A DNA stretch of 63,792 bases, counting the filler, from Chiloscyllium plagiosum (Eukaryota), in assembly GCF_004010195.1 (NCBI RefSeq). It is 4 parts of 2 records of this genome, joined end to end, with 100 filler letters (N's around TTAATTAATTAA, not from the genome) between each part and the next. Parts side by side here need not be neighbours in the genome. Positions count along the whole stretch, not along the records: positions 46,951 to 59,492 come from NC_057711.1; positions 59,593 to 63,792 come from NC_057712.1; 2 more parts are not named here. One strand, 5' to 3'. Positions within the stretch are counted from its first letter, which is position 1. Every line of letters begins with the position of its first letter. Positions 50,082 to 62,981 of the stretch are shown piece by piece. The translations under genes were made by a program, and so were the position numbers. A model generated the notes under the pieces. It ran no database searches. It saw only the letters and a list, made by a program, of their open reading frames with translations, and was not told where the DNA came from.

Positions 50082-50249
50082 AAACACTAACCAATTTCTG
50101 ACATTTGTGCAACAACAAAAACCTCAATGTGTTTTTTTTTGGTTTTTTTTTAAGCCACAGTATATCATCTGAAGCTCAATATTGAGGCATCATAAGGAAG
50201 ACTTCTTCTGCTTGCTAATTTCGGACCCAACTTTCAAATTCTAACTTAT

Positions 50250-50908
50250 AGACAAGGTGGTTAAAAAGGCATTTAGCACACTTGCTTTCAGTGCTCAGTC
50301 CTTTGAGTATAGGAGTTGGGAAGTCAGGTTGTGGTTGTACAAGGCATTGGTGAGGCCTCTTCTGGAATACTGGGTACAGTTCTGATTGCCCAATTATAGG
50401 AAGGATTTTATTAAAGCTGGAGAGGGTTCAGGAGAGTTTTACCAGGATGTTGCCAGGTATGGAAGGTTTGAGTTATAAAAAAAGGCTGGATAGGCTGAGA
50501 TTTCTTTCACTGGAGCATGGGAAGTTGAGAGATAACTTGATAGAACTTTATAAAATAATGAGGGCTATAGAGAAAGTTAATGTAGAGGTCTTTTTCCCAA
50601 GGACAGGGGTTTCCAAGATTAGGGGGCACATTTTTAAGGTGAGAGGAGAGAGATTTAAAAAAGACATGAGGGGCAAATTGTTTACACAGAGGGTGGTTTG
50701 TCTGTAAAATGAACTTTCTGCGGAAGTGGTGAATGTGGGTACAATTACAATGCTTAAAAGACACTGAGATAAGTACATAAATAGGGAAGGTTTGGCGGGA
50801 TATGGGCCAGGAGTAGGCAGATGGGACTAGTTTAGTTTGGGATTATGTTCGGCATGGACTGATTGGACCGAAGGGTCTATTTCCAAGCTGTATGACTCTA
50901 TGACTATG
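50250..50908 (+). mobile_element. HER1/CR1-like LINE 3' end
   Basis: MLPGMEGLSYKKRLDRLRFLSLEHGKLRDNLIELYKIMR; tail TATGACTCTATGACTATG. Confidence 0.85.
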
Positions 50909-52634
50909 TAGAACCACATCCTTCTTTCTGCTTATCTCACTAGTAGTAAGGGAAATCAATATCCTCCCCTTTCAGGACATACTGTGGCTGGTCAACAAAA
51001 TCCTTGACCTTGGCTACATGGAGGCAATCTGAATTCATATCTGCATGCAGTCATATTAAAACCTTTCCATACCCCTGCCTTTCCCTAACTTCTCAAAGGT
51101 ATTGAGCCTCCTACCATTATTAGTGTGTACTGTGTACTTTCAAATGGGACATTGGTTTCGATTGTCTCTTTGATGACATCTCTCAGAGTCTTTCCAGAGG
51201 GTTTGAGCACAAGGAGGTTGCTCACAGCCTGACCCTCCCACAGCCTGTCCCATACAGATTAAACAATACCTTGTTCTGATTGGTTCAATGCATTCCTTTC
51301 ACAGGTCCCTTCCAAACCAGCCAATGAAAATACGATTTCGATTGAAACTCCAACTCTAGCAAAACTAAGAGAGAGATATAGGTCTCACTGATAAAGGGAT
51401 GGGGGATGGGGCAGCTTGAAGGAGTGGAAAAATCTGGGGGTCTTGTGTTGGAAGATAGGAAATAGAAATAGAAAGTAGACTATCCCATTGATAACTTTGA
51501 GCCATCGACTTGATCATCCACTTTAAAGCCTCTTTTCCCTTTACCAGCTTTATTTCCTTGTTATTCAAGCTCTTTTACACCTTGCTTCCCTGTCCCGGGA
51601 ACAACACATTAGGTTAAGCTTTCTCCAGACGCTCCAGAAAATCCTCCTGTGAGGATATCAGTTCTGCTCATCTTAATGTGTAACCCGTCCAGTTTGTACA
51701 AATCCCACTTGCCCCAAAACAGGTCACAGTTCTTCAGAAATCTCTCCCTCCAACATCACTTCTGCAGCCACATGTTTCAGTTGATCAATTCTCTTATCCT
51801 TGTGTTACCAGCACATGGGATCAGGGATGAGATAACTGCTCTTGAGATCTGACTTTGAAATTTCCTTCCTAACTCCATGAAATCTGTTTTCGGGAGTAAT
51901 CATTTTAAGTTTTGATCTGCATGGGGCAGGCTACTTTCCTACAAAAGCCCTCGCAGTCATCACCTTATAATTATTATATCTTTTGCAAAGAAAGCCAATC
52001 TTATTAAATCTCTATTAGAAGTCACATGACAATCCCTTGAAGATCTTGTGAATGACCTTACCTTCAGAACATGTTCCATCAATCCAAGGAGCTGTGGATA
52101 TGGCATCTGGAAGCAAATCCTCCCAGCAGGTTCATTGTTCACTCTACTTGGATATTGGTAGGATGTCCCTCAAAGTCTGCACTGCGAATGTTCAATGTGA
52201 TGGGAGCAACATGATGAGTTTTACTTCTACTATCCAAGGTCATTGGAGGTTATGAAGTGTACGTCCATTCAGGGGTGAGGTTCTGGCTCCAGACTATGAA
52301 GCAATTATTACATAATGAGAAACTCTCTCACAACAGACAGTAAGGCGATGGTAATACAAGAGGAAACATAAAGCTGTCAAAATTGACTGCCAATATAAGT
52401 CGGAATGGCTGAAAGCCAAACTGAACTAGTTTGAGGGCACATCCAATTATTCTGACTTTGGTGTCAAAATCACTGTGGTATTAAGGAGCTCTTTTATTTC
52501 TGAACTCAGCACATGGCAGCCTCTTACTGGAGTCCAGCAATCTGTTTTCCAATGAATTAATAGAATTGTTAAGGCAGAATGTGGGTGGCTCTGTGGAGAA
52601 AGACTCTTCTCAGGATGACAACCATCAAACACGA

Positions 52635-54340
52635 GTACATGAATTCTGAGCCAGAGTAGGCCATTCAGCCCATTAAGCCTGCCCTGTCATTCTTCAAGAT
52701 CTTGGCTGATCTGCACCAAGCCTTAATTCCTATTTTGCGACAGCTCCTCATAGCCACCAACTCCCAGATAGTTTCAGAAATAATTTACCTCCTCTTTAGA
52801 TACCCTCAGTGATCTAGCCTCCACAACTCTCTGGAGTAGACAATTACAGAAATACAATTCCTTTGCATCTCAGTTTTATATGAATGCCCTCTTATGCTGT
52901 TACTAAGTCCCCTCAGTTGCAATTCCCTCATGATTAGAAACATCTTCTTAACACTGACTGTCAAGTTCCCTCAGAATCTTGTATATTTCAATAAAACTAC
53001 CCTCATTCTTCTGAACGGTAACTTGTCATGGATACACCAAGCCCTCCATCCCAGGAATCTCTTTTCAAATGCTTCCAATGGAGATACATCCTTTCTTAAA
53101 TACAGGAAGCAAACTGCACACAGAACCGACGGAACGCACAGCCTCCACAACACCCTGCCGAGTTATAACAGATGTCCCTGTGTTTAATCTCCACATCTCC
53201 AACAATAAAGGACAACATTCCATTTGCCTTCTTAATGACTTGCTATATCTGTTTGACAACCTCTTGTGTTTCATGTACAAGAATACTCAGATCCTTGTGC
53301 ACTGAACTTGTTTTTGGAGTCCCTCTCTAGTTACATGGAAACATAGAGGATAGGAGGAGGAGGAGGCCATTCGGCCCTTCAAGTCTGGTCCACCATTCAT
53401 CACGATCGTGGCTGATCATCCAAATCAATAGCCTCATCCTGCTTTCTCCTTATAACTTTTTGTCCCATTCACTCCAAGTGCTATATCTAGCTAACTCTTG
53501 AATACATTCAATGTTTTGGTATCAACTACTCCCTGTGGTAATGAATTCCACAGGCTCACCACTCTTTGGGTGAAGAAATGTCTCCTCATCTCCGTCCTAA
53601 ATGGTCCACCCCGAATCCTTTAAATAAAAGTCTGCCTTTTGATTCTTCTTACCAAAGTTCACAATCTCGCACTTCCCTATATTAAAGGACCACCTGCAAC
53701 ACACTTAGCTTATCTTTATCTCCTTGCAGATTCCTTTTGTTCTCAGCAGGACATGCCTTCTCACGTATTTTTGTATCATCAGTAAATCTGAATATATTAA
53801 GTTTTACCTCCATGTCATTAATATAGATAGTAAAGAATTGAGGCCATAGGACTAATCCTTGTGGCTGTGCACTAGTTATGTCTTTCTAACCAGATAAAGA
53901 CCCATTATCCTGACTCTCCATCTTCTATGTTAACCAGTCCTCAATCTATTAACCGCAGTGAGCTCCTACCTTGTGCAACAACTCTTTATTAAATCAATTG
54001 ACACAAATTGCTCTCCCTCAAACTCCTTCAAATTCTACTGTTATGATCGCTACTCCCAAAGGAACTTTAATTATTCCTCAATCTATTAACCGCAGTGAGC
54101 TCCTACCTTGTGCAACAACTCTTTATTAAATCAATTTGACACAAGTTGCTCTCCCTCAAACTCCTTCAAATTCTACTGTTATGATCGCTACTCCCAAAGG
54201 AACTTTAATTATGAGATCTCTTATTTGTCCTACACTATTACACATTACTAGATGAAAAATAACCTGTATCTGGGTAGGATTATACTACAATTTACTGCTC
54301 TAAGAAACAATCCCTGATGTACTTTAGAAATTTACCTTCC
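52635..54340 (-). mobile_element. Degenerate CR1-like LINE with nested CR1 3' end (53335-53620)
   Basis: YLRKDVSPLEAFEKRFLG; second GGCCATTCGGCCC terminus at ~53365. Confidence 0.7.
53938..54212 (+). repeat. Tandem duplication, ~137-bp unit x2
   Basis: TCCTCAATCTATTAACCGCAGTGAG...GGAACTTTAATTAT at 53938 and 54075. Confidence 0.95.
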
Positions 54341-54548
54341 AGGACACCCTGATGGTGCTTGTAGATCTTGCCCTGGCTGCTGCTGAGCAACATGAAGGCT
54401 CCTCACAGCCAGCAGCAAGTAGACATCCTGATTTTCACGGCAGGCATTCTTAATGTCAAGCTTGCTTGGTGCATTTACTAAACTGGGAAGCTGCATATTA
54501 ATGAGATGAGTTGTGATGTTAGCAAGGCATTTAACAAGTAATTTTTTT

Positions 54549-54762
54549 CCTACATTTACCCCTTACCTAACACTATGGGCAATTTAGCATGACCAATTCA
54601 CCTGACCTGCACATCTTTGGACTGTGGGAGGAAACTGGAGCTCCCGGAGGAAACCCACGCAGACACGGGGAGAACGTGCAAACTCCACACAGTCAGTCGC
54701 CTGAGGCGGGAATTGAACCCGGGTCTCAGGCGCTGTGAGGCAGCAGTGCTAACCATGCCGTC
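54549..54762 (-). mobile_element. Young 3'-truncated HE1-like SINE
   Basis: GCGGGAATTGAACCCGGGTCTCAGGCGCTGTGAGGCAGC. Confidence 0.85.
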
Positions 54763-54914
54763 CACTTAATAATCCCCACTTAACTGGAATCTCACCTCAC
54801 CTCAGCAAAAACATAAAAGTTACAACGAGATGTTTTTGACACTGAGATGCACCTCAGTCTAATTCTGCCACAAATCTCACGACAGCCACATCTTTCAGAT
54901 TCTGCCCCATAACT

Positions 54915-56845
54915 GGGCAAGAGCATGGCAGATGGACAACAATGTGAGTCTTTGTGAGGCACTGGAGGCTAATATACAGGTGCAGAAAGCAACTTGGAAG
55001 GAAAATGAAATTTTAGCGCCAGGAGGATCTCAGTGCAGGAGAAATCACATCAAACAGTGTTGAGTCCACAGCTAGAGTGCTGTGTACAGTCCTGATCCCC
55101 CTGCCTCAGGAAATTCATACTTGCCATAGAGAGAGCGTACAGTGGGGGATCACCAGGTTCATTCCTATCAGAAGAGGTTGAGCAAATGGGGCCTATATTC
55201 ACTGAAGTTTCAGTGCATTAAAGGCAATTCTATAGACAATTACAAAATTCTTAAAGGGATGGACAGGGTGTTTGTGGGAAGGATATTTCTCCAGAATGTG
55301 GGATTTAGAACCAGGGATGCAATCGCAGTAACCAAAAAAAAGGTGTTCATTCAGGACTGAAGCAAAGAGGAACTTCTTCACTTTGGAAAGCTCTAGCCCA
55401 GAGGACAAGAGAAGCTCCATCTTTAAATTCAAGATAGAGATTGATAATGTCCAGTTACTAATGACATTAAGGGTTATGGAGGTAATTCAGGAATATGGCA
55501 TTGATGTAGGTCAGCCATGATCTAGAATGATTTGGAGATGCCGGTGTTGGACTGGGGTGTACAAAGTTAAAAATCACACGACACCAGGTTATAGTCCAAC
55601 AGGTTTAATTGGAAGCACACGAGCTTTCAGACCGTCGCCCCTTCATCAGGTGATAGTGGAGGGCTCAATCCTAACACACAGAATTTAAAGCAAAGATTTA
55701 CAGTGTAATGTAAATGAAATAATACATTGAAAAATTGATTGTCTGCTAAGCCTTTCATCTGTTAGAATACCGTGATAGTTTCATTTCTTTCATGTGTAAA
55801 TCACAAAACCTTTTTTTAAAAAAGTTGCATTCTCCGGTTAGCTGTTAACAATGGTGATAGCCAGACAATATGTTGAAGGTGTTGGCCCCCTGTGTTCTCT
55901 GTCTATGCCATGATGTTTAGATTGATTCTACTCTAAAAAGTGAGGAAACGGAGTTTTACATAAATTCATGCAGTTTTTGAGCTCAGATTTCTACATGAAT
56001 GCATGCAGTTTTTAAGCAAAGTACAATGTAACCCTGAAAGTACAAATTCACCCCACAAAATATATGTGTGCATGTGGGTCTTTGTCTGTCCGTGTGTGTC
56101 TGTCTGGGTTTGGGGTTGTGAGTGTGAGAAAGTGTATGTGTGTGTGTGTAGTGAGTGCAGAGNNNNNNNNNNNNNNNNNNNNNNNNNNNNNNNNNNNNNN
56201 NNNNNNNNNNNNNNNNNNNNNNNNNNNNNNNNNNNNNNNNNNNNNNNNNNNNNNNNNNNNNNNNNNNNNNNNNNNNNNNNNNNNNNNNNNNNNNNNNNNN
56301 NNNNNNNNNNNNNNNNNNNNNNNNNNNNNNNNNNNNNNNNNNNNNNNNNNNNNNNNNNNNNNNNNNNNNNGCTCAAAAACTGCATGAATTTATGTAAAAC
56401 TCCATTATCTCACTTTTTAGATTAGAATCAATCTAAATATCATGGCATAGACAGAGAACACAGGGGGCCAACACCTTCAACATATTGCCTATCTGTCACC
56501 ATTGTTAACAGCTAACCCGAGAATGCAACTTTTATAAAAAAAGATTTTGTGATTTACACATGAAAGAAATGAAACCATCACCGTATTCTAACAGATGAAA
56601 GGCTTAACAAACAATCAATTTTTCGATGTATAATTTCAGTTACATCACACTGTAAATTTTTGCTATAAATTCTGTGTTAGGATTGAGCCCTCCACAATCA
56701 CCTGATGAAGGAGCGTCACTCCGAAAGCTCGTGTGCTTCCAATTAAACCTGTTGGATTATAACCTGGCGTTGTGTGATTTTTAACAATGATCTAGAATGG
56801 CAGCACAAACTTGGGGGGCTGAAAGGCCTGTCCCTGCTCTATGTT
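54915..56845 (+). mobile_element. CR1-like LINE 3' end split by a PLE fold-back
   Basis: SYQKRLSKWGLYSLKF...YKILKGMDRV; resumes at 56787. Confidence 0.7.
55530..56786. mobile_element. PLE family B fold-back (~1.26 kb including gap) with 13-bp TSD
   Basis: Long inverted arms; TSD ATGATCTAGAATG at 55517-55529 and 56787-56799; hammerhead motif at 56699-56733. Confidence 0.9.
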
Positions 56846-57186
56846 TCACTGAAAGATTCTTCATAATGAATGGTTTCTCTAACTTTAGGTTTGGAGCAGT
56901 ACAATGGAGATTGAACTGCTGCTGCCTTATATATTGTGATTATCTGCTGCCATCTCATGGAATTCTCAAGAATTGCAACCAACGTATTGCCTTTGTGCAT
57001 ACCTTCATTAGGTTACATTCATTTGCCTTATTTTGTCGAATTCCAGCTTTCTCATATTTAGACCTTAATCTCAAAAGATGGTGTACCTTGGAGCCCAGGG
57101 TGTCCTGCATCATCTCCAAACCCTCATAACTGCCACACAAGACGATTACTACCCCCATTCTCCCACCTCCTCCCGATCCATACCAG

Positions 57187-57392
57187 TTAAAATCACACAA
57201 CACCAGGTTATAGTCCAACAGGTTTAACTGGAAGCACTAGCTTTCAGAGCGCCACCCTTCATCAGATGGTTGTGGATGAAGGAGCGTCGCTCCGAAAGCT
57301 CATGCTTCCAGTTAAACCCGTTGGACTATAACCTGGTGTTGTGTGAGTTTTAACTTTGTACACCCCAGTCCAACACTGGTATCTCCAAATGA
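57187..57392. mobile_element. PLE family B fold-back
   Basis: TTAAAATCACACAACACCAGGTTATAGTCCAAC and inverse; GATGAAGGAGCGTCGCTCCGAAAGCTC. Confidence 0.85.
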
Positions 57393-57807
57393 TATCCAGA
57401 TTGAATCCCACGTTTCACATCCTCAGTGCCACTATTTGGCTCTGAGTTGAGCTTCAACTCCAAGGACTGCATGAAAACACTACCTAAGTTAAATTGTGCA
57501 TAATCTTCCAGCTCTACCTTTGCATCAGTCTATCTGTTGTTGAAAACATCATCCACTTCTTTGTCACTCCAATGATCTACTCAATTCCATACAACTTTCT
57601 TCTCCCTCCACCCCATGATCCATAAACAGGGTGGATCTGATAGAGTTATTGCTTATACCAGTTCCTGATCAGCTGAACTGGTTTCATCCTATCCTTTCCC
57701 CGGTCCTGCTTTCCCGCTTTTCCTACATCCCTGACTCCCCTGATGCTTTTCAACACTACTCCACTTGGCTGAGCTTGATCACATTGAACAATGTCTCCTC
57801 TAATTCA

Positions 57808-58019
57808 AAGTTAAAAATCACACAACACGAGGTTATAGTTCAACAGGTTTATTTGGAAGCACCAGCTTTCGAGGTCCTGCCTCTGTACCACAACCACCTG
57901 ATGAAGGAACAGCGCCTCAAAAGCTAGTGCTTCCAAATAAACCTGTTGGACTATAACCTGGCGTTTTGTGATTTTTAACTTTGTTCACGCCAGTCCAAAA
58001 CTGGCACCTCCAAATCATC
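57808..58019. mobile_element. PLE family B fold-back with TSD
   Basis: TSD CCTCTAATTCA at 57797-57807 and 58020-58030. Confidence 0.85.
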
Positions 58020-58809
58020 CCTCTAATTCAGCTCACTTCTTCCAAATTAAATGTGCTACTCCCTTCCAGAAGTATGTTGAAAATTTCTCATTTCAATCAT
58101 ATTCTGGACCCTCCCACTCTAACTTAAATTGGAAAATGTTATTAAATTTGCTTCTGAATTTGAGCCTTTTCTCAGTTTAATGCGGTCAGTCCCATTTGTG
58201 ACATTTTCTCTATCTTCCTTGACTCTTCTCTTGGGCCTGACCAGTTTGATCAGGGGTGCAGCTGCCAAGCTGTTTTTCATGGAGAACATTGAAATCCCCC
58301 ATCCAGAGTACTTTCTGTGCCCTTACCACCCTCAGTGCTTCTAATAAATGTTATTTTACATGGAGGAGCACAAAATTATTGGTCACAGAACGTGGTACAT
58401 GGTAATCAGCAGCAGATTTCTATGCTTATGTTTGACCTGATGCAATGAGACCTCATTGGGTTCAGAGTCATAAGGATTTCCAGGATAATCATCTCCCAAC
58501 AGTATTGCACCGTCATGCCATCTCTGATGGTGATGGTGGTATCTGGGGCATTATCTGCAAGATACAATTCCATAAATATGACAATGTCAGGCTGTTGCTA
58601 GTCTAGCCTGAGAGACAGTTCTTCCAATTTTGGCACTAATCCCCAAATGTTGGGAAGGAAGAATTTGCAGTGTTAAAAGGGCTGCATTTGGCACGTTACT
58701 TCCAGTGTTTAGGTCATAGCTAGGTGATCTGATGAGCTTCAATCCTTTAGTCAGACTCTGTTGCTGTAAGATACAACTGAGCAGCATGTTCAGTCATTTC
58801 AGAGTGAAA

Positions 58810-59215
58810 TAATTTGGATCATTGGAATCTCTTTTGGGGTAGAAGTGACCTGTACAAGAAGGATGGATTGCACCTAAATTGGCAGGGGACTAATATACTG
58901 GCAGGGAGATTTGCTAGAACTGCTTGGGAGTATATAAACTCGTAAGTTGGTGTCAGGGTGGAGGGTGGCGGAGTGGGACCCAGGGAGATAGTCAGGAAAG
59001 AGATCGATCTGAGACTGGTACAGTTCAGAACAGAAGTGAGTCAAACAGAAGAGTATATAGGAAGTAGGAGTATACTTAAAAGGGAAATCAGAAGGGCAAA
59101 TCAGGGACATGAGATAGCTTTGGCAAATAGAATTAAGGAGAATCCAAAGGGTTTTTACAAATATATTAAGGTCAAAAGGGTAACTAGGGAGAGAATAGGG
59201 CACCTCAAAGATCTG
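58810..59215 (+). mobile_element. CR1-like ORF1/ORF2 fragments
   Basis: GATGGATTGCACCTAAAT (DGLHLN); LKREIRRA..GHEIALANRIKENPKGFYKYIK. Confidence 0.8.
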
Positions 59216-59224
59216 CAAGGTGGC

Positions 59225-60025
59225 CTTTCCGGCAATCCGACCGACTCCCACAGTTACCTCCTCCCACCCTGCCCCCTGTAAAAAAAACACCATCCCATTT
59301 TCCCAATTCCTTTGCCTCCGCCGCATCTGCTCCCAGGAGGACCAATTCCACTACCGAACAACCCAAATGACCGCCTCCTTCAAAGACCGCAATTTCCCCA
59401 CCGACGTGGTCGACGATGCTCTCCACCGCATCTCCTCCACTTCCCGCTCCTCTGCCCTTGAACCCCGCCCCTCCAATCGCCACCAGGACAGANNNNNNNN
59501 NNNNNNNNNNNNNNNNNNNNNNNNNNNNNNNNNNNNTTAATTAATTAANNNNNNNNNNNNNNNNNNNNNNNNNNNNNNNNNNNNNNNNNNNNCTCTGCCG
59601 GGGACATGGAGGTCCTGGGCCTCCTTCACCGCCGCTCCCTCACCACCAGATGCCTGGAGGAAGAACGCCTCATCTTCCGCCTTGGAACACTTCAACCCCA
59701 GGGCATCAATGTGGATTTTAACAGTTTCCTCATTTCCCCTTCCCCCACCTCATCCTAGCTTCTAACCTTCAGAAACTCGATCCCCTGACCTGTCCGGACT
59801 TGTCCGACCTGCCCAGCTCCTTTTCCACCTATCCACTCCACCCTCTCCTCCCTGACCTATCACCTTCATCTCCTTCCCCACTGACCTATTGTACTCTATG
59901 CCACTCTCTCCCACCCCCACCCTCCTCTAGCTTATCTCTCCACGCTTCAGGCTCTCTGCCTTTATTCCTGATGAAGGGCTTTTGCCCGAAACGTCGATTT
60001 TGCCTGTCCTCAGATGCTGCCTGAA
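59225..60025 (+). mobile_element. Young PLE family A fragments (thumb, GIY-YIG end, terminus), spanning a gap
   Basis: HPAPCKKNTIPFSQFLCLRRICSQEDQFH; LEEERLIFRLGTLQPQGINVDF. Confidence 0.85.
59964..59999 (+). ncRNA. Minimal type I hammerhead ribozyme motif (PLE family A)
   Basis: attc-CTGATGA-A-GGGC tttt GCCC-GAAA-CGTC-gatt. Confidence 0.75.
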
Positions 60026-60469
60026 TTCCATTGATTCCATATGGTTGGAGGGTTCCAAGGTGGAAGGTGAGGCGTCTTTCCTCCAGTTGTCGGGTGGGTA
60101 GGATTCCTGTATGTCAGTCAGATTCCCCCTGTGCCTCAGTTTGATTCCCCCCTGTATATTAGTCAGACATTGTTGGATGTAAATGTGGATTGCAGTTGAT
60201 GCAAGGTCCTTAAGAAGATGCGTTGTCAGAAGCTTCTGAAATTCTAGAGAAGTGAGTAGCATTAGATCGACCGGAGCTGATTGTTAGTAGTGGAGAAAAG
60301 AAGCTTAATTTATTTGCATTCCATGTGAAGTTACAGTTTTACTCAAGCAGAGAAGAGCCTGACGATTCTTGCTGTGATCTGGTAAAGAATATGCCAGGGT
60401 ACGTCCAAGTCTGCTCCTCTTTGACTTGAGCTTAGTGAAAATCAGTGCTTGACTGACTAACTACCGGAA

Positions 60470-61262
60470 TAAAACAATCAGCTGCAAATGTTGAAAATGT
60501 GAAACAAAAGAGAAATTGCTAGAGAAGTTCACCAAATATCTTTATACGCTACCTCCCAAACCCACACCTCTTGCCCATTGCAAGTTCCCCCTCAGAGCCA
60601 CTCACTGTCCTGACTTGGAAACAATTCACCGTTCCTTCAGTGTCACTGGGTCAAAATCCTGGAATTCCCTCCTTAAGGGACACTGTGGGTCTACGTACAG
60701 CACATGGACTGCAGCAGTTCAAGAAGGCAGCTCACCCCCACCTCCTCAAGGGGCAACTAGGGACAGGCAATAAATACTGGCCCAGCCAGTGACACTTACG
60801 TCCCACAAGTGAATAGAAGAAAACTCAGCAGCTCTGCCAGCGTCTGTGGAGAGAGAAACAGAATAAACGTTTTGAGTTTAGTGGTCTTTCAGAACTGATT
60901 GTATCTCCGAAAAAGTGGTATTTATGCTGAAGGCAGTAGGTGAGCGGGGAAGGGGTGAGTGGTTAGGTGATGGTGGGGCCCAGAGAGAGACAAAAAAAGA
61001 GAGAGATAAGAAGGTTAGGCATGAGGTTGTTGATGGTAAGCTGGGGAAGAAGAGCTGAGTGGGCTGTACTGCAAAAAACCCATATCATTGTCGGGACCAG
61101 GGCGGTGTGAGTGGGAAAAGGACATGGAAAGAGGGGTTAACCTTCTAAAATGATTGAACTTGACACTGAGTCCTGAAGGCTAATGTTCCCCAGTGGATGT
61201 GAGATGTTGTTCTTCCAGCTTGCACTCAGTCTCACTGGAGTACTGCAGCAAGCCTGAGACAG
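60470..61262 (-). mobile_element. PLE family D 3' portion, interrupted by a LINE 3' end (60550-60815, plus strand)
   Basis: GAAATTGCTAGAGAAG...AACTCAGCAG...TTCAGAAC, then purine-rich UTR and end-of-ORF-like GAGTCCTGAAGGCT...GAGATGTTGTTCTTCCAG. Confidence 0.65.
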
Positions 61263-61430
61263 AAAATGCTCCCCTGAGCTCAAAAGTGCTCACACTTAAC
61301 CACATTCAATTCCATCTGGCTCATTCACCTAACTTGTCAATATCCATTTATAACTGTCTTATTTCTTCCTTGCAGCTTATTTTCCCACTTATTTTCGTGC
61401 CATCTGCAAATTAGATTGTCGAATATTCCA

Positions 61431-61690
61431 CCTATAAATCCTTCCCACCTATCTGCTCCACCCATCCCACTGATCTATCACCTATCACCTCCCCAACTAC
61501 TGTCTCCCCAGTTCCCACCCCCATCTCCCCATTTATCTCTCAGCCCCCTTCCCCCTCCACATTCCTAATGAAGGGTTTATACCCGAAATGTCGACTCTCC
61601 TGCTCCTCGGATGCTGCCTGACCGGCTGTGCTTTTCCAGCACCACACTTTCAACTCTTACTCTCCAGTGTGTATAGTCCTCACTTTCTCC
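61431..61690 (+). mobile_element. PLE family A terminus with TSD
   Basis: CCTAATGAAGGGTTTATACCCGAAATGTCG...CACTTTCTCC; TSD TGTCGAATATTCCA/TGTAGAATAATCCA. Confidence 0.8.
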
Positions 61691-62981
61691 TGTAGAATAA
61701 TCCATCTCTGTATCCAAGACACTAACATTATTGCTTTTTTATCAAACAAAGGTATTCCTCTTTGTTTTATTGCCCTTCTCTAGTGCAATAAGATTAAAAA
61801 TAGTAAAGCAATCTTCTATGGTTATGGCTACTATCTGCTTCAGTTACAAATTAATGACCCATTAATATACACCATTGACCAACCTGCCTGTCACACAGCC
61901 ACAGAGTTCAATGCTGCTCTCTGTTTCTTCTCACTCTTGATTAGCTGGAACATTCACAGCATTTAACTCTGAGCTCCAAGACATTATTTCAGGAAAGTAT
62001 ACAATGCAATACACAGACCTTGAGCTCATTTCATGCTCCATTGCTGAGCCCTTAATTGTAAAAGTAGTCACATTCCAATCATAGTTATCTTTTACTGCTC
62101 CCTCACTGAATGATGGGAAAAATACCCCTTGCAGGAATGGATATGTGGGAATTACTAAGAAAGGCAGGGTTCACTGAGCATGCCTTGGATTACAGACATC
62201 TGACATGGATTATGCATGTCTATGAATTAAGTGGCCTAATGATTGTACTTGTGACCATTTCTTTGAGTTCTGTGAAACTGTAAATTCCAAAAAATGTATT
62301 ATTAAAAAATTACTTTTCATTGGGCAAATTCTGCTGAAAGGATGCGCTGTGCAGAGTGTCAGGGTGGGAGAATGAATATTGCAGGAATTGGAGGGTTTGG
62401 AATATGAAATGTTGCCTCAAGTTTGAAAAAAGCATCATGTTAGACATCATACATGAATTTGGTTTGGATTGGATCAGGCTGTGAGACTCAAAGGTCAAGT
62501 GGTTTGTGTTTTTATTAAAGTCTGTGGTTTAATCAGTTCTGGAGAAAGCAATTACATGCTTGACTGAATCTGGGGTTTGTATACATACATATATAAAACA
62601 TCCCTTGTAAGATGTTGCAAAAAGTGCACTTTGTGGTTGAAATGCTTTGAGCTATATTCATTTACTGTGTATCATCCAGTGTGGGAAGCAAAATGCTGTT
62701 TAAATATGCTTGCTTAGCTGGTCTCCTTCAGATTACATTTGGCCTCATATGGTTTTATTAAAGCAAATACACCTCTACAGTTATGCAAGCTTAATGTCTA
62801 CTTTTAAGAACATTCAAACCTAATGCCTGTGATAATGGTAATAAATAAACTTATATTGTCTCTTAATCTGTGGCGACTTTGATGGTACATCTGGAAACAG
62901 TCAAATGCTTTTCGTCAGTTGATGAGTCAGTCTGTGAATCACTGTACATTGTTGTACCATGGGCACCCTAGCTGAATACAA

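Noticed and set aside
52057..52590. Minus-strand donor and acceptor-like sites (GTAAGG ~52062; TTTCTCCACAG ~52595)
   Set aside because: Could not assemble a stop-free, phase-consistent exon chain
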